Of a stretch of 64,000 bases of DNA, positions 1 through 10,869 are shown one piece after another. Within the stretch, counting starts at the first letter, position 1. Each line of letters starts with the position of its first letter. The notes under the pieces were generated by a model that was not told the origin of the DNA, did not search any database, and saw nothing but the letters and a program-made list of their open reading frames with translations. Made by a program: the position numbers and the translations under genes. Source of the stretch: a virus; the IMG/VR virus record IMGVR_UViG_3300025647_000026, positions 1 to 64,000 of that record; one strand, given 5' to 3'.

Positions 1-115
1 CTTTTGAAAATTCAAAAACACTAAAATCAATCGTTGACCATGCTGTTGCAATTGCTACTAATGCGCCTATAATTGTAGATGCGTGCGAATGCCAATTTTC
101 TTTAATTTTTTTCAT
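1..115 (-). CDS. Partial small membrane protein, holin-like (runs off the window start)
   Basis: Hand translation MKKIKENWHSHASTIIGALVAIATAWSTIDFSVFEFSK...; hydrophobic segment; overlaps the stop of the preceding membrane ORF. Confidence 0.5.
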   Translation of the reverse strand, partial: MKKIKENWHSHASTIIGALVAIATAWSTIDFSVFEFSK

Positions 116-275
116 ACCAGTTTTTTATTAATTTAACGATTGATAAAATCGAAAACACAAAGGCAGCTACACCCGCTAACACCTGTATAATTGGCAGTAT
201 AGCCATTGCACAAGCTGTTATAACCCCACCCCAAACAACCCCGTTTTCAATTAATAATAATAAATTTTTTTTCAT
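102..275 (-). CDS. 57-aa membrane protein, putative holin/lysis protein
   Basis: Hand translation MKKNLLLLIENGVVWGGVITACAMAILPIIQVLAGVAAFVFSILSIVKLIKNWYEKN; long hydrophobic stretch with a basic C-terminus; follows the fibre genes. Confidence 0.55.
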   Translation of the reverse strand: MKKNLLLLIENGVVWGGVITACAMAILPIIQVLAGVAAFVFSILSIVKLIKNWYEKN

Positions 276-278
276 GTA

Positions 279-539
279 TCAAATTTTTTCTGTCGGTAAA
301 ATAATTTCATCGTATTGCACCATTGCGCTAATTTCTAATTCTGTAAATAGGCTGCTTAATTCAGCATTCACAACTAGCCAAATTTTGCCGTTTATGTCCT
401 TTATTGGATTAGCATAATTAAGCGTACTTTCATCATCTGGCAGCCCTAATAAAGCGCTGCATTTAGCTTCTAAAATATTAAAGTTAGCAAGTGAACTACA
501 CTTGTAATAGCGTGGGTAAATTGTAGTGGTTTGTTCCAT
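279..539 (-). CDS. Hypothetical protein, possible fibre chaperone
   Basis: Translationally coupled to the 486-aa fibre-like gene. Confidence 0.5.
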   Translation of the reverse strand: MEQTTTIYPRYYKCSSLANFNILEAKCSALLGLPDDESTLNYANPIKDINGKIWLVVNAELSSLFTELEISAMVQYDEIILPTEKI

Positions 540-1999
540 TAGAATGCGTTGTTATTAAGTGAACGAATTAGGTTGTACATTGCTAACTTTTGCTGTGTTG
601 TGTCTTCGATGGATGATATTACCGAAGTTTGAAAAGAAGAATTATCAGACCCGAAAGAATCTGTAAATATAAATATTTTATCTGCCCCAAAACCCCCCGA
701 AGCATTTGATAGTTTGGCTACATTTTGATTAATCTGCATACTTGTGTTATTTACACCTAATTTTCTTAAAACAGTAACCATATTTATTTTATTAGAATCT
801 GCGGTATCGGTCAAGTAGATAGTGCTTGGAGAGCCTCCCCACAAAAGAATTGATGTCGCGTTATTTCTGCCTATTGCCCCATCTATATTGAATTGCCCAA
901 AATTAGCCTTACCACCAGTTGCATTGTTTACATACCCCCTGAAAGCCAAGTACATAGTAAATGGCATTGCTGACAAAATATTTCCAACTGTTAATAGTCC
1001 ATCATCCACACCATCACTCATCACTATAATTCTATCACAAATTACACCTTTATAACCAGTCGTTGCTGTTCCTGTGTTAATCGTCCAAACTTCACCAGTA
1101 TCAACACTTGTAAATGTTGTTTGACTTACGCTTGCGTTGTATGTTGCAGGATTAAAGTCTACAACAGGTGCGCCACCAATTGAGTTTGATATTGTTACTC
1201 TGTAAATATTTCCTTGACTTGCATTACCTGTAAATGCTGTATTATCACCTACAACTAATTGCACAGTATTTGTAGGTAAATTACCAACTGTACTTGATTG
1301 AGTTGTTCCTAATTGCGTATATGTTACACCATCAATTGATGTGAAAAATTGAACATCTCCAGTAGTTGAATTTCTTGTAACCTTATAGTATTGTAAAATT
1401 AAAGGATTAATAGTTTGACTACTTGTTATAACATTAAATCCTCCATAAATAAAACGTAAATTATTAGTAGTTGAAATATCAACAGCATAATTATAAGCAG
1501 TTGTATTTCCTTTCATTAGTAATGTTTGTATAATTCCGATTGTATTGGATTGATATCTAACTATAATCTCAATATTACCGCTAATTTGATTAACTGTTGC
1601 ATTTGGACTACTTACAAAATTACCTGTTACTCTTGGCGAATACCAATAATTATCACTAGCAGCGCCACCGTGCATTAATAACAATGGCTGCGCACTTGCT
1701 GTTGCTTGTACTGCATCGCCCGCCACTGTTAGTGAGCATAACCTTGCACAAGCTTGTCCAGCTGTTGCACCTACGCCACTGCCTAACACGCCACCAATCC
1801 AATGCGCATCGTAACACACTGGCACGTTACTAAGTGTGCCGTAAATAGCCTTTAAGCCTTTCACAAAATAGTTCAAACGCGATAAATTACTAAAGCCATT
1901 TGGTATGGCAATAATTCGGTTGTAAATTGCTTTTGCGTCTGCGTCTATACCACCACGAAATCCATTTACGCAGAGGTTACTTACACTAATTCCTAACAT
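539..1999 (-). CDS. Tail fibre/receptor-binding protein with a LamG/concanavalin-like beta-sandwich
   Basis: G/T/S/N-rich; LamG-like segment (YYKVTRNSTTGDVQFFTSIDG...QLG); DGVDDGL motif. Confidence 0.6.
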   Translation of the reverse strand: MLGISVSNLCVNGFRGGIDADAKAIYNRIIAIPNGFSNLSRLNYFVKGLKAIYGTLSNVPVCYDAHWIGGVLGSGVGATAGQACARLCSLTVAGDAVQATASAQPLLLMHGGAASDNYWYSPRVTGNFVSSPNATVNQISGNIEIIVRYQSNTIGIIQTLLMKGNTTAYNYAVDISTTNNLRFIYGGFNVITSSQTINPLILQYYKVTRNSTTGDVQFFTSIDGVTYTQLGTTQSSTVGNLPTNTVQLVVGDNTAFTGNASQGNIYRVTISNSIGGAPVVDFNPATYNASVSQTTFTSVDTGEVWTINTGTATTGYKGVICDRIIVMSDGVDDGLLTVGNILSAMPFTMYLAFRGYVNNATGGKANFGQFNIDGAIGRNNATSILLWGGSPSTIYLTDTADSNKINMVTVLRKLGVNNTSMQINQNVAKLSNASGGFGADKIFIFTDSFGSDNSSFQTSVISSIEDTTQQKLAMYNLIRSLNNNAF

Positions 2000-2382
2000 T
2001 AGTTATATCCTATTGCTGTACCACTTGTTAAAGTTACTGCTGTAAATACAGAGCCTAAAGGTGCTGGTAAGTATATGCCTGCGCTAATAGTTACACCGCT
2101 TAATCCTAATGCAGTTAATGAATTTACTCCATCTATGCTTATAGCAGCTATTACGGCATCAGTATTAATAACAATACCTTTGTATAATAACCCTGTTTGG
2201 GCAGTCGTAACGGGAATATATTTAAATCCGCCACTTCCACTCATTTTATCTAAGTTTTCAGAACTTATTTTGTGGCTTAATCCTTCTTCGTTTGTTGCTC
2301 TTAAAGCTGCTTCGTTATTATTAACGAGTGCCGAAGCATTGAAATTAGCTTTTATGTTTGGTATCTTTACTGGTGCTGCCAT
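1999..2382 (-). CDS. Small virion structural protein
   Basis: Beta-rich C-terminus (FTAVTLTSGTAIGYN); heads the fibre operon. Confidence 0.5.
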   Translation of the reverse strand: MAAPVKIPNIKANFNASALVNNNEAALRATNEEGLSHKISSENLDKMSGSGGFKYIPVTTAQTGLLYKGIVINTDAVIAAISIDGVNSLTALGLSGVTISAGIYLPAPLGSVFTAVTLTSGTAIGYN

Positions 2383-2440
2383 TTTTATAAATTATTTATT
2401 ACTACAAATTTGCGATTTTTTTCTCATTAAAACAAGATTA

Positions 2441-5400
2441 TTATCGTCTTAATGGAATACTATTAAATATTCCGCTAATACTTCTTATTTTTACTAAGTC
2501 ATAACTCCTAATTTTCACTAACAAATACGTTCCAAATAGTCCTTCATCGCCATCAGGCTGTATAGGGTAGTAGGTAATGTTTGCTCTAGTTTCATGCTCT
2601 GTACATGTGCTTGAATTAGTATCTGTTTCTACTGTTACGTCAGCATCTATTATTGCATACGTACCATTCTCAAAAGTTAATGTTAAAAACCTTTTAAATG
2701 CGCCACCTTTATTAATAAGTACGTCTAAGCAAAACTGTCCTTGCTTCCATACACCGTTCTGTTCAAAGAATTTCAATGGCTCACCTACGTTTATTTCGTA
2801 AATTCTACCATATTCACTTATTCCTCTCGGTGAGAATATTCGTTTGTTATGAGTGAAGTATCTCTTTTGAAGTGCGCTTAAAAAAGTTAAGAACATATTA
2901 TCCACTTCGTTAAATATTAAACTCCAATGGTTATAATAAGCGTTATCTGTAAAGTCTTTTAAAGTCCAATGAGTAAGGTCTAAAAATGGATTTAATGCGC
3001 CTGTAATATCAGCCTTACAAACATAAGTTGCATTAATCTTCTCAAAATCACCTTCAGGGTAATATCCTTCTGCACCAAATGATACTGTATCGCCTACTAC
3101 ATAAGCTTGTCCACTCACCCAATTAGGGTAGTATTTACTTGCTCTAGCAGTTACCGTTACATCACTTTTATTAACATCGTAGTATAGGTTTACATCAAAC
3201 TCGTTCTTAATATGTGCTACATTGTTTTTAATAAATGTTCTCATACTATTTTGGTCTGTAAGTATTTTTACTCCACTATAATCGTAACGGTTAATGTTAG
3301 TAAAGTCTTTGCTTAACCAATATACTTGAGGGTTTCCGTTTACGTTATATCCTTTTAAAGTAGCTGTTCTTAACTCTGTTCCAAAGCTTGATAGTGGATA
3401 AACTCTATTGCTATATACGCTTCCACTTCCTACTAATAGTTTAGCGGTGTTATCGCTTTGAATTAACGTATCGGCAGCGTAAGGAATTGCCCCTACAAAG
3501 TTTGGCTGTATAACCATCATTACATCTCTAATATCAAATATTGCTGTAATAGCACCGTTTTGAAGTTCTAAATCTACAAAGTTTAATGGCTTTACTTTTC
3601 TGTAAGCATCATAAAGGCTACCTACTGCTTTCTCTTCAGAGTAGTATATTCTAGTTGGGTTACTTGTAGGGTATGGTAGTCTAGGGTTATAAGGGCTAAT
3701 TCTATTTATTTGATTTGCGCCTATGTAACTCTTGTCAAAGTTATGTTGTTCATCTACTATTTCTGCTGCTGTTGCAAATGGGAATAAGTATTGATATAAG
3801 CTTTTACTCCCTTGTAAGTTCCAAGTTGCTTTTGGTGCAGTGGTATCTGTATAAAACAATTGACTATTTAATCTGTTTTGTGCATAAAACGTAATTACGC
3901 TACTTGCTATCTTAGTTGAAGGGGTTGGCTCTACATACCAATCAGCTTCTTTCCTTATTACTTTTTGGGTATAAGTATCTCCACCATATACCGTTTCGGT
4001 AGGTAATACGTCTGGAGTTGATGATGTAATTCTTACTATTTCTCCTGTTGGAACGGGTCTATAATTTTTATAATCTATTATGTTTAAATCAATAGGTCTA
4101 ATATAAAATGCTATAAAAGTATTTACATCGTTTACTGTACTATTATTATAAACGCCTACTTTAGAAGTGGTTGCTACTGCTACTCCTTTAGCATTAGTGT
4201 AAGCATTGTTTAACGTGCTAGTGCTTGGTTTATAATACGAATTATTAACTGTATTATAAACAATATCCCCTACTGAATCAAACCCAATGCTAGTACTATC
4301 TTCTATTGTATAAATTCCGTTATTAAGTATGGCATCGTTAACCGTATTTGATGCGCTTCCTAGTAATTCTACTATAGCTCCTATATTATTATTTCCGCTT
4401 TTATAATTAGTATTAGAACCTAATCCTCTAGGAATACCAATAAGTTTCAGGTAATCACCATTGCTATATTTTATTACTTGATTATCTAAATCATTACTAA
4501 CGAATAATCCAAAGTTTCTTTGTGCTACTGCTCCTAAGTTACCGTTTAAATTTCCATACCCAGAAGTATAAGTATCGCCATCTATTACTCTAGCATTATG
4601 GTATATACCACTTCCAATAACTGTATTCAAAGGGTCGCTTCTTTCAAAGCTTACTCCTAATAGTTCGTCTTTAACGTAAGTAAGGTCTAGGTTAGCTACG
4701 CTTAAAGCATAGTTATATACTTTTCTGCTTGCTGTTATTGAACTTGTATCAGTAAAAGGGTTTAACGGTTCTATTGGTAGTATTTGTACTAATCCTCGTC
4801 TATAATTAACATTGTCTATGTAGTATTTTCCTAAAGGGTAAGGTGCTGTTATGTAGCCGTTCTTTAAATGAAATCTAACATAAGTCATATAATATTCGTA
4901 TAACATATACCCTGCTCTGTTAGCTACGTTAAATGGTATTTGATATTCGCCTACTTGTGTTCCTACGAATTGAGTAGAAGAAGCGGTTGCTGCTTGCACT
5001 ATATTTATATATGAATCATCTATAACAGAAATCTCATTACTACCCATATAAACGCCCCACCAAAATTCTATAAAGTCTCCATTATTTGTCTCAATATTAT
5101 AAGTCCTACTTAAATCTGCACGTGCAAAAAATTCATGAGTACTTAGCCTTGTATCAATAATATCGTTAATAATTTCAGTAGTAACGCCTGCTCTTGTTCT
5201 TTTTATTTTAAACGATACAGTAGAAGTTGTATCGTAATAAGCCCAAATAGCGGGTATCGTGCTTATTACAGTTGGTCTAGTAGTTATCCCTACCCTGCCC
5301 GATAAATTTATTTGCAATAAAGGGCTATCAGTAGCAGAGACAGTATAAACTCCTGACACGTAGCTAGGTGGTGCTACAATAGGGGGAACTGATATTTGTG

Positions 5401-7009
5401 AAACATATTCTATTTTTCTCTCTATACCTCTTGTGTCGCTACTTGGCATAATACCCATCGATATGCCATTCCCGTACCCGTAGAATCTTTGGTTACTTGC
5501 TGTTGCTGGGAGCGTCCCAGTATTCTCTATGTCATACCTTTGAGTGCCAACTACTGCATTTTCAGCTATTGTTTGCCACTTAGCATCTTCGTTAGCAGTT
5601 TCTATGTTTGCTCTGTTTATTCTATTCTTTTTGGTTTCAATATCTCTAACTTTAAGCATTACGGGTTCTGCTTCTATAAGGCTTACTACGTCTAATAATT
5701 GAGTAAGTTCTAGCCCACTATGAATAATATCAAAGCTTTCGCCTAACACATCATATCTTCCAACTAATTCTGCGCTACTAGCATTTTCGGCAGTATAGTT
5801 TATAACTGCTAGTTCTACAAAGTTAAATACATCGGCTTGTGCGTTATTTATTGTAACTATATTCTGTTTGCTTGTAGCAGTTCCGCTAGGTGTTCCTTCT
5901 GTACTTACCCAAGCTAGTCCGCTATCAGCACTTGCCTGAATTACGGGTACAATATTGCTTAGCATACTCCATTGAGTAGTAATGTTAGAACCGTTTATTC
6001 CAAACCTACACGCATATCTTTTTCCTCCTGTAAGCAAGCCACCACCGCTTTGTAGCGTATTTTTGTAAGTGACATATCCAATATTATTTATTAATTGGCT
6101 GTTAGTTTGGGAATCAGTTTGAACTAGGTTGTATATTCCTTTTCCTGCTGTTTGAATGTTGGTAGGGTTGTATGTTAGGCAGCAGTCTTGTGTTAAGCTT
6201 GGTGGAACGTATATACATTTGTCCTTAATGGTGTTGTCAGTAAAGTATAAGGCATATACTCCATCGTTTTGTTGTTCTACTATAAATTTAATAGGTTCTG
6301 TTTTGCTTAGTATAAAGTTTTTGGTTCTTAGTAATCTTACATAAGCCCAATCATTATCTTCATCTACTACTCCTAGTTCCGTAATTGTATTATCTGCGCT
6401 TACACTTAACACGAACCCTAAGTTTTGGCTATTAACGTATGTTAGTGGCTCTAGTTCTGCTTCGGTAGCTACGTAATCTCTTAAAACTGTAAGAGTATTT
6501 GTCTGTGTTCCTGTTACTGAATTTAAAGTTACTATTTGGTCTATGCTTACAATATTAGAAAAAGTACCTAATGCAAACTCTATTGTTGTGTATAATAATG
6601 CGCTAGCTTGTGTTGCTACTATTGCGCCTGCTCCTATTGCTGCTTGTAATGCTGTTGCAAAATCTGAGTTAGTAACTGTTGGGCTAGAATTTGTTATTGA
6701 TATATAATTTTGCTGAACTCCATTTATATCTCTAAAAATAAATACTTGTGATAAATAGTATTGTCCGTTTATTGCTTGTCCTATATCAGCGTAAGTTCTT
6801 ACTCTAAACATTTTTGTTTGAGTGGTTGCGCTAGGTACTTTTGTTATCTGAAGTGTTCCTGCTTTGCTATTCTTAATGTTTGAAGCAAATTCTTCATCAC
6901 TTATTTGTTCTAAATCATTCGCATAAGGATAATAATTATCGGGCATTGAGGGATAATCCGTATCTCGATTAAGCCCTTTAGTAAGGTCATTTATTTGGCT
7001 TGATTGCAT
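2441..7009 (-). CDS. Tail muzzle/stabilisation protein (P22 gp10/crAss muzzle-like)
   Basis: 1522 aa; N-terminal KGLNRD, YGGDTY and TRIYYSE motifs and a beta-propeller-like C-half; own leaderless promoter. Confidence 0.7.
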   Translation of the reverse strand: MQSSQINDLTKGLNRDTDYPSMPDNYYPYANDLEQISDEEFASNIKNSKAGTLQITKVPSATTQTKMFRVRTYADIGQAINGQYYLSQVFIFRDINGVQQNYISITNSSPTVTNSDFATALQAAIGAGAIVATQASALLYTTIEFALGTFSNIVSIDQIVTLNSVTGTQTNTLTVLRDYVATEAELEPLTYVNSQNLGFVLSVSADNTITELGVVDEDNDWAYVRLLRTKNFILSKTEPIKFIVEQQNDGVYALYFTDNTIKDKCIYVPPSLTQDCCLTYNPTNIQTAGKGIYNLVQTDSQTNSQLINNIGYVTYKNTLQSGGGLLTGGKRYACRFGINGSNITTQWSMLSNIVPVIQASADSGLAWVSTEGTPSGTATSKQNIVTINNAQADVFNFVELAVINYTAENASSAELVGRYDVLGESFDIIHSGLELTQLLDVVSLIEAEPVMLKVRDIETKKNRINRANIETANEDAKWQTIAENAVVGTQRYDIENTGTLPATASNQRFYGYGNGISMGIMPSSDTRGIERKIEYVSQISVPPIVAPPSYVSGVYTVSATDSPLLQINLSGRVGITTRPTVISTIPAIWAYYDTTSTVSFKIKRTRAGVTTEIINDIIDTRLSTHEFFARADLSRTYNIETNNGDFIEFWWGVYMGSNEISVIDDSYINIVQAATASSTQFVGTQVGEYQIPFNVANRAGYMLYEYYMTYVRFHLKNGYITAPYPLGKYYIDNVNYRRGLVQILPIEPLNPFTDTSSITASRKVYNYALSVANLDLTYVKDELLGVSFERSDPLNTVIGSGIYHNARVIDGDTYTSGYGNLNGNLGAVAQRNFGLFVSNDLDNQVIKYSNGDYLKLIGIPRGLGSNTNYKSGNNNIGAIVELLGSASNTVNDAILNNGIYTIEDSTSIGFDSVGDIVYNTVNNSYYKPSTSTLNNAYTNAKGVAVATTSKVGVYNNSTVNDVNTFIAFYIRPIDLNIIDYKNYRPVPTGEIVRITSSTPDVLPTETVYGGDTYTQKVIRKEADWYVEPTPSTKIASSVITFYAQNRLNSQLFYTDTTAPKATWNLQGSKSLYQYLFPFATAAEIVDEQHNFDKSYIGANQINRISPYNPRLPYPTSNPTRIYYSEEKAVGSLYDAYRKVKPLNFVDLELQNGAITAIFDIRDVMMVIQPNFVGAIPYAADTLIQSDNTAKLLVGSGSVYSNRVYPLSSFGTELRTATLKGYNVNGNPQVYWLSKDFTNINRYDYSGVKILTDQNSMRTFIKNNVAHIKNEFDVNLYYDVNKSDVTVTARASKYYPNWVSGQAYVVGDTVSFGAEGYYPEGDFEKINATYVCKADITGALNPFLDLTHWTLKDFTDNAYYNHWSLIFNEVDNMFLTFLSALQKRYFTHNKRIFSPRGISEYGRIYEINVGEPLKFFEQNGVWKQGQFCLDVLINKGGAFKRFLTLTFENGTYAIIDADVTVETDTNSSTCTEHETRANITYYPIQPDGDEGLFGTYLLVKIRSYDLVKIRSISGIFNSIPLRR

Positions 7010-7084
7010 ACAGCAAAGATAACCAATTTTTAATTTATATTATAAAGTTTTAATATCGCATATTACAATACGCAATAAAACACA

Positions 7085-7110
7085 AAAGCCCCCGTTTGGG
7101 AGCTATTGTG
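7085..7110 (-). terminator. Intrinsic terminator of the capsid operon
   Basis: AGCTCCC-AAAC-GGGGGCT followed by TTTGTGTTTT on the minus strand. Confidence 0.7.
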
Positions 7111-7175
7111 TTGGAAGAAAACAAACATTACAAGCATGGAAACAAATAATGTATGTTTTTTATAGAAGTTATTAA

Positions 7176-8144
7176 TTAGCGAGGTAAGTTACTTACAGCT
7201 ACCTTATAAGTAGTTGCTACTGTTGATATATTAGCAGGTGTAGCGCAACCAGTAGTAGCGTTTACAATACCTGTTACCAATACGTTTACAGTTGGCGATA
7301 CAACAAAATAATCACTTGGTTTTGCACCTAAAGTAGCTGCTCCAAAAGTTAATATACCTGTTGTTATTGCTGTTGCTACTGTTACTGTTGAAGCAGAAAC
7401 TACTGCTCTGTAACCTAATTGTAATTGAGTTAAAGTACCGTAAGAAGTATTGATTAACAAATCTAAATAAGCTGCTGTAGCTGCATCGTTAATAAACACT
7501 ACATACTCATTCATTGCAGTTGAATTGCTAGAAGGAGCAGCAGAAACGTTAGCGGCAGTCCAAAGAATACTCCAACGTGTGTAAGTTGCACCTGCTGTAA
7601 ATGTACCGTAAGTGTTACTTGTTAAGTACAATGGGCTAGTAGCTAATACTGTTCCTTGACCTCTGCTAGGCACACCTTGATTAGTTACTACAATAGTAGT
7701 GTTAGCAGTAGTAGTTGAAATAAATATTTCTGCAAAGCCTGTTTTAGCAGTACATATTAAAGTAGCAGTACCAGTAGCTACTATGTTTAAAATATTTACG
7801 TCAGCATTAATAAATGCTCTAAATACATCTCCAATAGTAGTTGCTGTGTCAGAAGCAGTAGCAGTGTAAGTGTAAGTTTTAACCGTTGGGTTATAACCAC
7901 CTCTAATAGAGTTACCGCCAGATACTTTCAAAATGTAAGTAGCACCGCTTACCGCTACAAAAGTAGTAGTAACAATACCTAAACTTTCTGAAACTGCATT
8001 CTGTCTTGCTAAAGTACAGCTAGTAGCTTTAGGTGCGCCATAAGCTGCACCAGTAAGCTGTAAATTCCCGTTAGAATCTACATACGCATCGGCAGCATTA
8101 TCTGCCAATGTGTTTAAAATTATCGTTTGTCTTAAAATTGTCAT
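7176..8144 (-). CDS. Auxiliary capsid/decoration protein
   Basis: Directly downstream of the MCP; A/T/G-rich beta protein of 322 aa. Confidence 0.6.
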   Translation of the reverse strand: MTILRQTIILNTLADNAADAYVDSNGNLQLTGAAYGAPKATSCTLARQNAVSESLGIVTTTFVAVSGATYILKVSGGNSIRGGYNPTVKTYTYTATASDTATTIGDVFRAFINADVNILNIVATGTATLICTAKTGFAEIFISTTTANTTIVVTNQGVPSRGQGTVLATSPLYLTSNTYGTFTAGATYTRWSILWTAANVSAAPSSNSTAMNEYVVFINDAATAAYLDLLINTSYGTLTQLQLGYRAVVSASTVTVATAITTGILTFGAATLGAKPSDYFVVSPTVNVLVTGIVNATTGCATPANISTVATTYKVAVSNLPR

Positions 8145-8171
8145 TTCGTTATTTATTTAGTTGTTTAAAAA

Positions 8172-9488
8172 TTAATTACCGTGATACATACATTTTTGAA
8201 CATCAGTGATAACTTTACAAGAGTTCATTTCAAAAGATACTTGACTGAATGGTTGGTCGTTTACAGGATTTGCAACGTGTTTACCCATTAAATCTTTCTT
8301 TCCTAAAATTACGCTTCTTTGTAAGCCTTCTTGTCCGTAATACACATCTACAATTGGTGGAATGTATTTTCCGTCTTCTGAATAAGCACCATCTGCACAA
8401 ACCCAATAAGCTGAATCAGATTTACCTGAACCTACTTGGTTTTTGTTTTCAAAGTACATTTCAACAACTACGTTTAATACTAAGCCCGATACTTCGAATC
8501 TACGAATATCTAAACCGCTTGTAGCTTTTAAAATGTTGTTTGTACCAGCAGTTGCAACGTAAGGTCTTAATACTCTTGATATGTTCTTAGCGTAGTCTAA
8601 ACCACAGAAAACAAACATTTCAGTACCATCACTCACCGCACCTTGACGCATAAAATCAGTAGCAATATCTTCGAAATCATTCAATGATAAATTAGCTGCT
8701 TTTGATTGAGTCATTGCACCGTATTGTTTCAATTGGTTTAAGAAAGATGCAGGTAAAGGATTTTCGCCACCAATTGCACCATAATTACCTAAGTAATAGT
8801 TGTACATTGCAGAGTGCATTAAATCAATTTTATACATTTCTTCTTTAGCCGCATAGTAGTTTTGTCCGTTCAATTTAAACCAAGTAGCTTGATTAGCATC
8901 TTCTGCTTTAACAAAAGCATCTGCTGTAAATTGACCAATTTGGTAAGTGTCATAAGTAGGTAAAGGAGTTCCTTGTTCTTGCGCTTTGTAAACTCTAGTA
9001 CCACCATTGTATCCAATGAATGATATTTGGTTGTTAATAGCAAAATCGGTTGCAGCTAATACTGTTGAACCACTAGGGCTAAACGATAAGTCTGCTGTAA
9101 TAACACCTGCTGAAATACTTGATACTTTACATGATACACCTGTTGAAGTATCAGAAATGTAAGAACCTACTCCAATTTCTTTGTAACTTGCGTCAGTCAA
9201 AGTAATTGTAACAGTCTTGTTACTATTTGATAATACAGGAGCTGCACCACTTACAGCATAAGGGAATTGATTTCCGATACGAGGGAACTTGTAAGTTCTA
9301 GTACCACTAAGGATTGAACCCGTAGAACCATTCAATTTTGATAGTTCACGCATTACTTTTGGCATATTGGCTTGACCCATTTTGAATGCCTTGTTTGTTT
9401 GAGTTACTAAGTTATAAACTTGTAACGGGGTAAAGTTCGCTGCATCAAAAATGCTACCTGCGTTTTGCCCTATTGGGATTGTATTCAT
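8172..9488 (-). CDS. Major capsid protein (HK97 fold)
   Basis: 438 aa; lies between an acidic scaffold-like gene and a decoration gene. Confidence 0.7.
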   Translation of the reverse strand: MNTIPIGQNAGSIFDAANFTPLQVYNLVTQTNKAFKMGQANMPKVMRELSKLNGSTGSILSGTRTYKFPRIGNQFPYAVSGAAPVLSNSNKTVTITLTDASYKEIGVGSYISDTSTGVSCKVSSISAGVITADLSFSPSGSTVLAATDFAINNQISFIGYNGGTRVYKAQEQGTPLPTYDTYQIGQFTADAFVKAEDANQATWFKLNGQNYYAAKEEMYKIDLMHSAMYNYYLGNYGAIGGENPLPASFLNQLKQYGAMTQSKAANLSLNDFEDIATDFMRQGAVSDGTEMFVFCGLDYAKNISRVLRPYVATAGTNNILKATSGLDIRRFEVSGLVLNVVVEMYFENKNQVGSGKSDSAYWVCADGAYSEDGKYIPPIVDVYYGQEGLQRSVILGKKDLMGKHVANPVNDQPFSQVSFEMNSCKVITDVQKCMYHGN

Positions 9489-9515
9489 TCTTTATTTTTG
9501 GTTTTTAAAGTTTTT

Positions 9516-10538
9516 TTAGTTATATTTTGGTTTTGTTGCATTGTTTAAATATTCTTCATAAATTTGGTCTGGAGTTCTATCCGTTCCTACTCCTCCTCCG
9601 CCACCATGTTGTTCGGGACTACCGAATTTCTTAGCTGCTTTGTCGAATCCTCTTTGCTCTGCTTCAGCTACTGCTTTTTCAAAGTTATGTATCTTGTATT
9701 CGTTCTTAATAAATGATAACGCATCGAATTTATCGCCATTTAAGTAGCCAATACTTTTATTAAAGTTATAGCTATTTTTAATTGCTTCTACTGTTGCTTC
9801 GTCTAATTCCCCTTTGCCTTTTAAAATACCTAAGTACTTATCTATACTTTCGGTATCAGCCTTAATATTAGCAGCAGTTTGTTCTTCTTGTTGCTTAACG
9901 TATGCTTCTTGGCTTATAGGGTTCGTAGCATTTGCTTTTAAAGTATCTTCTAAAAGTTTAGTAGCTTCATCGTATTTAACTTCTGTTTTATAGTTAGCTT
10001 TTAATTCGTTGTCGTACTTTGCTTTAGCCAAAGGTGTTAATGAGTTATACCCACTTACTTCTTCTTCAATTGCTGCTTCTAAATCATCACCGCTTAATCC
10101 TGCTTTCTCTAATTCTAATTTAATCAAATCAGATGTAGTAAAGCTAGTATAATCTACTTTGGTAATTCCATTAGCAATTTGTTCTAATGTTAAACCGCTT
10201 TTAAGTAGCTTGTACATATCTGAATTAACCTCTAATTCACGTTCAGCTTTTAAGGCTTCGTATTCAGCTAATTGTGCTTTAATACTTTCGGGTAATTCTG
10301 TTGCAGCTTTTTCTTCTGCAATTACAGTTTTATCTAGGTTATCAATATTTTCAAAGAGCGATATTTTTTCTACTTCTTCTGTTTCAGGCTTTAGTGTTAC
10401 CACTTCTTCTGCTACTACTGTTGTAGGTTCTACTGCTATTGGTTCTACTTCAATTGGAGTTTCTGCTACAATTGGTTCAGCATTTTTGGAGTTTTCCTCC
10501 ATGTACTCTGCTGCAAGTCTTTCTGCTTCTGTACTCAT
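9516..10538 (-). CDS. Capsid scaffolding protein
   Basis: Highly acidic, helical, Gly-rich C-terminal linker; directly upstream of the MCP. Confidence 0.7.
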   Translation of the reverse strand: MSTEAERLAAEYMEENSKNAEPIVAETPIEVEPIAVEPTTVVAEEVVTLKPETEEVEKISLFENIDNLDKTVIAEEKAATELPESIKAQLAEYEALKAERELEVNSDMYKLLKSGLTLEQIANGITKVDYTSFTTSDLIKLELEKAGLSGDDLEAAIEEEVSGYNSLTPLAKAKYDNELKANYKTEVKYDEATKLLEDTLKANATNPISQEAYVKQQEEQTAANIKADTESIDKYLGILKGKGELDEATVEAIKNSYNFNKSIGYLNGDKFDALSFIKNEYKIHNFEKAVAEAEQRGFDKAAKKFGSPEQHGGGGGVGTDRTPDQIYEEYLNNATKPKYN

Positions 10539-10554
10539 TATATGGTTGTTTTCG

Positions 10555-10605
10555 CTACAAATGTCGTATTAATATTGTTTTTTAATACTATTTTCATACC
10601 TTTGC
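10555..10605. promoter_or_regulatory. Divergent promoter pair (capsid arm vs fibre/terminase arm)
   Basis: GACATTTG on minus (~10558-10565) and TACCTTTG on plus (10597-10604). Confidence 0.5.
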
Positions 10606-10626
10606 GTATGTTATTGTCATACATAT

Positions 10627-10869
10627 ATGGAATTAAGTAATAATCAAAAGATGAGAATTGACGCTCTGCCAGAGGATATTAGGCTAAAATGCGTTAAAAA
10701 GATAGGGATAGGGATGTATGTTAGTTCTATTATTCAAACAAGGGTTAGCGTTAATCAACTTATTGATATGTACGAAATTATAGATATGAATGGGCTTAAA
10801 GGCGAAAGTGCAATTATTTGTGCTGCCTTAACAGAATACATTAAAAAGCATAAAAATATTTTAAAATAA
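10627..10869 (+). CDS. Small putative DNA-binding protein (ribbon-helix-helix-like C-terminus)
   Basis: QTRVSVNQL...ESAIICAALTEYIK has a strand-helix-helix pattern; sits at the divergence point. Confidence 0.35.
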   Translation: MELSNNQKMRIDALPEDIRLKCVKKIGIGMYVSSIIQTRVSVNQLIDMYEIIDMNGLKGESAIICAALTEYIKKHKNILK

